The notes beneath the pieces were generated by a model, which saw only the letters and a list, made by a program, of their open reading frames with translations, ran no database searches and was not told the origin of the DNA. Both the position numbers and the translations under genes were made by a program. A DNA stretch of 64,000 nt. Source: the human T2T-CHM13v2.0 reference genome, Homo sapiens. Shown here one piece after another: positions 57,519 through 64,000 of the stretch (the first letter of the stretch is position 1; each line of letters begins with the position of its first letter). Where the stretch lies: the NCBI RefSeq assembly GCF_009914755.1, contig NC_060937.1; one strand, 5' to 3'.

Positions 57519-60500
57519 CAGAAGATAAATTTTAGAAACTTAGTTAGTATAGAGACTAATTGAAAGAAGCATTTGATATTTACAGTTCAACTGATAGTGC
57601 CAACACTTACTCTACAGCATATTACAGGGTTTGTGGTTGAAAAATTTATGTCGTTTAAAAGCTTACTGGTATTGCTACCCACCTAAGTCTAAACTAAATT
57701 CAATGCTCTCATTTGCAATTTAATTTGTAAATTAAAGTGCTTTAAATATATGAGCCAATTATGAAAAATTAGTTTAAAGTAGAAGGTGAGATTTAAAGTA
57801 TTCCCAACTGGATTATGTACACCAATACATTGGAACTTTCCATTTTGCTTCATTTTTTCTTAAGAAAATAAAATAGCAATGCTCTAACAGTCACAGAGAG
57901 GATATGCAGATTTAGCAATATTGATATTATCCTCTATCTTAGATTTAAAGATACTCTATACCTACATGTACACTACCAGCAGGTCACACATTACCAGTTG
58001 TAACTAAGCACTGTGACAAATTAGTCAGTTCTTCCCACATTAGTTCTTATTAAGACAAAAGATGTTTGGGAGGAAGCAAAATAGTTACAAAATGAGCAAT
58101 GTAATGATCTAAACTTGGTATTATCCAGCTTCCCAGCCACAAAGGTAATATCTTCTTTCTCTACATCCTTCATGACACCATGCCATCTTGGTAAACCTCA
58201 GCATGGCATACACCACCTGCTTCATGCATGTGATCTTTTAACTCCTGCCAGCTTCCACCTGGAGGCAGCCCAGAGACAACCACTCTGTTTTCAGACCACC
58301 TGGGTAGGGGAGCCATGGAAACCTTGGGGAGTTCCGCTGCCTCCTTGGCCTGTGCCAAGGCCGTTTGTAGGAGACTCCACCAGCATAAGGCATCTGTCAT
58401 AATCACAGCTATGGAGACCATACACTGCATCTTCCTCATCGTGGCTGTTCAAACTCAACAAAGGCCAAGGGAGGTCCATGGGATTCTTGAGGTCCGTGTC
58501 ACAGATAGTGCCCATATTTATAGATCACGTCCTCAGTGTCCTTGGTTGGGATACCTGAAGGTAAGTTATCCACATAGATGTGACAATTCTTTTTCCCCGC
58601 CTGTCCACGAGTCATGCGGCTTCCCAACATGGCAGCCACAGAAAGCGTGACCTCAGCACACACCTTCCCACCAAGCCTAGCCTAGCTGAGCACCCCTAGT
58701 CACACCACGCCCCAAAATCCCTCCAAAATGGCCAAAGGTTTTTCTTAATAAATGTATTTGCCTCAATAAAAATATCCTTTTGTGGAGTCAAGAATGAATA
58801 AACATTCTGTTTTGTCATATGTATGCTGTTGAAAGTTTGGGAAACAGATAAATACTCTTGAAGACTTTTTAAAGTAAAAGCCAGCTGATCATGAGTGTTG
58901 TGAGATGTGATATGTTACCCATAATGTATTTCTCACATACTGAAGTTCCATCTGTCTACACTCTTGACTTCTTTGTTATGCATGATTATTATTATAAGCT
59001 AAAATTGGATGCAAGAAGTAAAAACTGAAATGAAATAAGGGGGAGTGAAAAAATATTAATTCTTAAAGGTTTAGGGAACTAATTCTAAAAAAAAATGTTC
59101 TAGTACTAACTATACAAGAAAGAATACATAAAAATAATCTTATAGAAGTGTTGATGCTACCAAAAATTTTGACACATATCATATTCAATTATAAATTAAA
59201 TTTAAAAAATGAAGTTGACAGTATATAAATTTTGTCTGTTACTGGTAAATATAGTAATATTTGTAATAATAGAATATGTAAAATAATAGCTTCAAAAGCA
59301 TTTAGATGTTCTGCATTCTTGTCAGTTGAAACACAACATAATCTGACATTTCAGAGACAATTATAAGTAAAGAAGACATTGAATGCATTCCCCTGACCAA
59401 AAAACTTCCCCATCAATGAGCATCACTTCCCAATCAATACAGTTGTGCTATTTGAGTATAGTCCATCTTGATCCTATGCCACACCAATATATAACAATTT
59501 CAAGGAATTCTTTGGCATAAGACAGCAACTGATAGTCTGCCAGACTTACTGTTGAATAAAGTAGAAAGTAATATATTCTAACATTAATATAGATAATTTT
59601 ATTCTAATGACTAATTATCTGAGTAGAAAAGAAAGCTGATGGTTTTACTGCTCATTTAGTCTTTCCCAAGAGCCTATTCAATTATGTCTGTTTCTACACA
59701 CAAATTTCCAATTCTTTCCCCAAATCAGCATTTATTCTGTAGTGCAATAATCCAGACTTAATACCTAAACTTTTCTCTATTTTTGTTTCCTGTTCTAGAC
59801 AATATTTCAGGGACTGTGTTGAGTTCCTTGTATTTAATATCTTGTAGTGTGTGTACACACACACACACATAATAGGTATTGTAACTTTGTCTCTAGAGAG
59901 GAAACTTGAAGCTCAAAAAAGTTGAGTACTTTTTTTTAATTATATCACTGGTGGGGTTCATATCAAGTTTAGCCTGTTGCCTTTCTATCCTTATTCTTAT
60001 ATCCCTATGTTTTCCGCCTCCACATTGTTGGAGACTGCATTCTTGGAATGGATTCTTGGAATGCATTGTCTTCCCAAGACCCTTTTTGACATCCTACCTG
60101 TCTTTAACAGTATAATGTATTTCCATAAAATCTCTTAATTCTTATTAGGAATGATTTTCCAAAATGGAGCTGTGACCACCCCTTGCTTTAGTCTCAATCT
60201 GACATTAATAATATCTATTTCTTTATGATCATTACCAGGTTAATGTTTCTTGAGACCACAACAATGTTACCCATAGCTTTAAAAATGTAGAGATTCAAAA
60301 ACTCTTTAAATCCATTGAATTAGACATTTGTGATTAAAAATTACATAAAGAGTTTATAGTGTTAAATAAGTCATTGCTTGCAATAAACACAAAAGAAATG
60401 TAGTTCTCTTTATTTTTTAGCTTTTTAGTTAAAATATTGAAACCAAATGATCTCACAGAAAACAGGTGATAGAACATTTCTCCCTACATACGCTACAAGA

Positions 60501-60579
60501 CATACAGACAGAGACATGAAACAATTTTGCCTTCACAATTTATTTATTTATACCTTCTCTAATAAATTGTCATTCTCTG

Positions 60580-61070
60580 ATCCAGTGTTAACTCTTCCCA
60601 TTTTGATCTAACAACCAGCTTAAGTGCTCATTTACCCCTTTCTCTTGTGCTCTTAATTTTATGCATTTTATTGAGTTGTTCCATCGAGTGTATAAATATG
60701 CTCAATTGTCTACATTCTAGCTCTTATCCTTATATAGCCAAGAGCTCTCTAGTTACACAGCTTCCATTTCTTCTTTAAAAGATGGCTTCACTTCCCATTC
60801 AGTCTCTCATTCACATTTAGAGCTAAAGCAATTTGGCTTCTTGATCCACCATTACATTAATATCTTCTCCATGGCAACCAGTGATTTCACTGCCCAATTC
60901 TATAAATAGTGAAATCTCTGCTATGTGTAAAATGCACAACATACACTTTTCATGAAATTTGACATTCTTTTTCCTCTTGGTGCCATTTTTATTTTCATTT
61001 TCTACATGCCTCTTGCTTCTGTTTAATCTCTTTCATGGATTTATCCTTAATCTTATATATTAAATGTCTT
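60580..61070 (+). mobile_element. L2 fragment
   Basis: gcaatttggcttcttgatccaccattac...ggcaaccagtgatttc motifs. Confidence 0.45.
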
Positions 61071-61387
61071 ATAGGATTCAAAATCAATACAATTATTTTA
61101 TATTCATTAGACAGTAAAACTTAAGTCAATATCACACATAATGTTAGCTTTATTTTCTCCTATATACATTAGTGAAATATTAATAGAATAAATGTATATA
61201 TACTATAAACACACACACACACACATATAGAGACAGAGAAAGTGAGAGAGAAATCTGTCTGCTTGCAGTTGTTCTAGGATTTACAACATGCTTATGGAAT
61301 CTGTACTTTTAAAAAACATATAGCTCTAATATTTAATATTTAAAGCAGTGCTACAGTCTTTTTAACCAATTCCAATAATAAAAAAGA

Positions 61388-62825
61388 TGTGCACCTCGGA
61401 TGACTCCATGTTGTTGCTGTTGTGAATAGTGCTCTGATGAACATAAGAATGCATGTGTTTTTTCTGTAGAATTATTTCTGTTCTTTGAGTATAAACCCAG
61501 TAAATGAATTGCTGGGTCAAATGGTAGTTCAACTTTAAGTTCTCTGAGAAATCTCCAAACTGCTTTACACAGTGGTTGAAACTAATTTGCATTCCCACCA
61601 ACAGTATAAGGGTTTTCTCTTTTCTCTGTTATAGTCTTTTTAATAATATGCATTCTGACTGGTGTGATATGGTATCTCATTGCAGATTTACTTTGCATTT
61701 CTCTCATGATTAGTGATGTTGAGCATACTTTCATATGTGTGTTGGCCACATGTATGTCTTCTTTTGAGAAGTGCCTGTTCATATCCTTTGCCCACTTCTT
61801 AATGGCATTATTTGTTTTTCTATTGTTATGTCATTCCTCATAGAATCTGGATATTAGACCTTTGTGGGATGCATAATTTGCAAATGTTTTCTCCCATTCT
61901 GTGAGTTGTCTGTTTACTCTGTTGATAGCTTTCTTTGCTGTGCAGAAGCTCTTTAATTAGATCCCACTTGTCAATTTTTGTTTTTGTTGCAATTGCTTTT
62001 GAGGATTTAGTCGTAAATTCTTTGTAAGGCCAATGTCCAAAATGCTATATTCCCTAGATTTTTCTTCTAAGATTTTTATACTCTGAAGTATTACATTTAG
62101 ATCTTTACTCCACTTTGAGTTAATTTTTTTTAATATGGTACAATGTAGTTGTCTAGTTTCATTCTTCTGCATATAAATAACCAGTTATCCAGCACCATTC
62201 ATTAAATAGGAAGTCCTTTCCTCATTGTTTATTTTTACTGACTTTGTCAAAAAGCAAATGGTTGTAGATGTACAGCTTTATTTCTGGGTTCTCTGTTCTG
62301 TTTCATTGGTCTACGTGTCTGTTTTTGTACCAGTATAATGATGTTTGGTTATTGTAGCATACTTTGAAGTTGAGTATTGCGATGCCTCAATTTTTTTTTT
62401 TTTTTTTTTTTTTTGCTTAGGATTGTGTTACACTCTTTTTTGGTTCCATATGAATTTTATAATAGTTTTTTTTCTAATTCTGTGTAAAATGATTTTGGTA
62501 GGTGATATACTATAGAATAGTATGCAGCCATAAAAAATGAATCATATGCTTTGCAGCAACATGGATGCAGGAACAGAAAACCAAATACTACATTTTCTCA
62601 CTTATAAGTAGGAGCTAAACATATGGACATAAAGATAGGAACAATAGAAACTAGGGACTAATAGACAGGGTTAAGAAGGTGAGGACAAGGGCTGAAAACG
62701 ACCTGTTGGATACTATGCTTACCACCTGGGTGTTGGGATCATAAGTACCCCAAACTTCAGCATCAGGCAATATACCCATGTAACAAACCTGCACATATTC
62801 ACCTTGAATCTGAAACAAAAGTGGA
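61388..62825 (+). mobile_element. 5'-inverted L1PA15/16-like LINE (inverted 61388 to about 62507; sense about 62508-62825)
   Basis: Minus ORFs [14 protein letters not shown]... and KKINSKWSKDLNV; plus-strand 3' UTR ending gaatctgaaacaaaagtgga; TSD aataataaaaa(a/g)ga (61374-61387 / 62826-62839). Confidence 0.9.
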
Positions 62826-63174
62826 AATAATAAAAAGGAAGATAAATAAATTACAGTTTGGTAACAAGGTTTACAACTCATCGTCAAATTAACTTTTTAT
62901 TAGATCACTTTGTATAGTTTATGCATTTCCAAAATTAGACAAAATGAAACTTGTGGATGGAACATTCAGGAAATAGAGAAAATAATACCATCTGGTTTTC
63001 TCTTTGTAAGTACTTAAGTAAAGAAATTAACCTCTAATAATACAATATTTTTATTAGTTAAAAATAAAGGACATATGTATCTACACACACATATATGCTA
63101 TACATAAATACATATGAGAAAGACAAAAATTGAGAGATTAAGAGACAGAGAGAGTTTGAGATAGAGAGTTCAAA

Positions 63175-63292
63175 AAAAAAGCAAATGATATAAATTTACA
63201 AGAGTAAATAGAATAATCATGTGAAGGGTATTAGGAGTTCTTTGTTTTATCTTTTAACATTTCTGTAAGTTTAAAATTATTTCAAAATAAAG
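63175..63292 (+). mobile_element. Old L1M 3' terminus
   Basis: gtgaagggtattaggagttctttgttttatcttttaacatttctgtaagtttaaaattatttcaaaataaa. Confidence 0.55.
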
Positions 63293-63419
63293 ATCTAAAT
63301 ATTTTCAAAAAATAAAACAAATTTTTGAAAATCTAAAAATTTTCAAAAAATAAAACATAAACATAAAAACCAGAAATCTGTCTAATACAAATGTAACTTA
63401 GTGTTTGATGGGTACATAA

Positions 63420-63605
63420 GTATGTGCTTTTCACATATTAAAACATTTAATCTTAACAATATATGATAGACTCTACTGCTATCATTTTCATTTACAAAGA
63501 ACTTTAGAGATTTGCCTGAAGTATTACACCTAGTTAGAGATGAAAATAAGCGTTGAAAGTTGGCAATCTTAACTGTAAAGCCTTGTTTTTAACCATTCTG
63601 CATAT
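63420..63605 (-). mobile_element. MIR SINE
   Basis: catttaatcttaacaa...gatttgcctgaagtattacacctagttagagatgaaa...gccttgtttttaaccattctgc. Confidence 0.55.
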
Positions 63606-63816
63606 GGTCCCTTCAACGTTCCACTATACTATATATTAATATTTATTAAATAATAAAAGTGCATAAAAGACAAAATGATGGTTGTAGGAAAATGAACATG
63701 AAAATGATTTATTTCTGTTACTATTTAATATCAAAACACTCCTCTTCAGTTCTTTCAAGTGTTTTAAAATACAATAAAACGTGATAACTTTTTCAAATAC
63801 ATTTTAATCAATATTA

Positions 63817-64000
<184 letters not shown>

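Noticed and set aside
58115-58650. Overlapping ORFs as a functional RRM retrogene
   Set aside because: Multiple frameshifts and stops lie between the ATG and RRM2, and no continuous SRSF1 frame exists; the plus-strand ORFs are antisense artefacts.

Overview
This is AT-rich, CpG-poor primate (human-like) genomic DNA with no intact protein-coding gene. It is a LINE-dense, gene-desert-type window with L1PA/L1PB/L1M elements, eight Alus plus one Alu arm, several LTRs (THE1, MER52-like, LTR16-like, LTR1, MLT2A/HERV-L) and older L2/MIR relics. The only gene-derived feature is an old processed pseudogene of the splicing factor SRSF1 (ASF/SF2) on the minus strand at about 55339-58732. It has lost its RS-domain region, and its 3' UTR is interrupted by an AluS, a doubly deleted HERV-L and an AluJ. 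The most unusual signal lies in that 3' UTR: a 56-bp inverted duplication (50/56 matching, 45-nt loop). It sits downstream of an MLT2A LTR that lacks its own poly(A) signal and upstream of the pseudogene's AATAAA, so it could yield an SRSF1-UTR hairpin RNA; this is a hypothesis only. Other notable structures are two twin-primed (5'-inverted) L1s and an L1-into-L1 insertion with target deletion. Repeat subfamily names and the SRSF1 UTR alignment come from recalled consensus sequences, not from a search. I cannot demonstrate a new biological system from the sequence alone.
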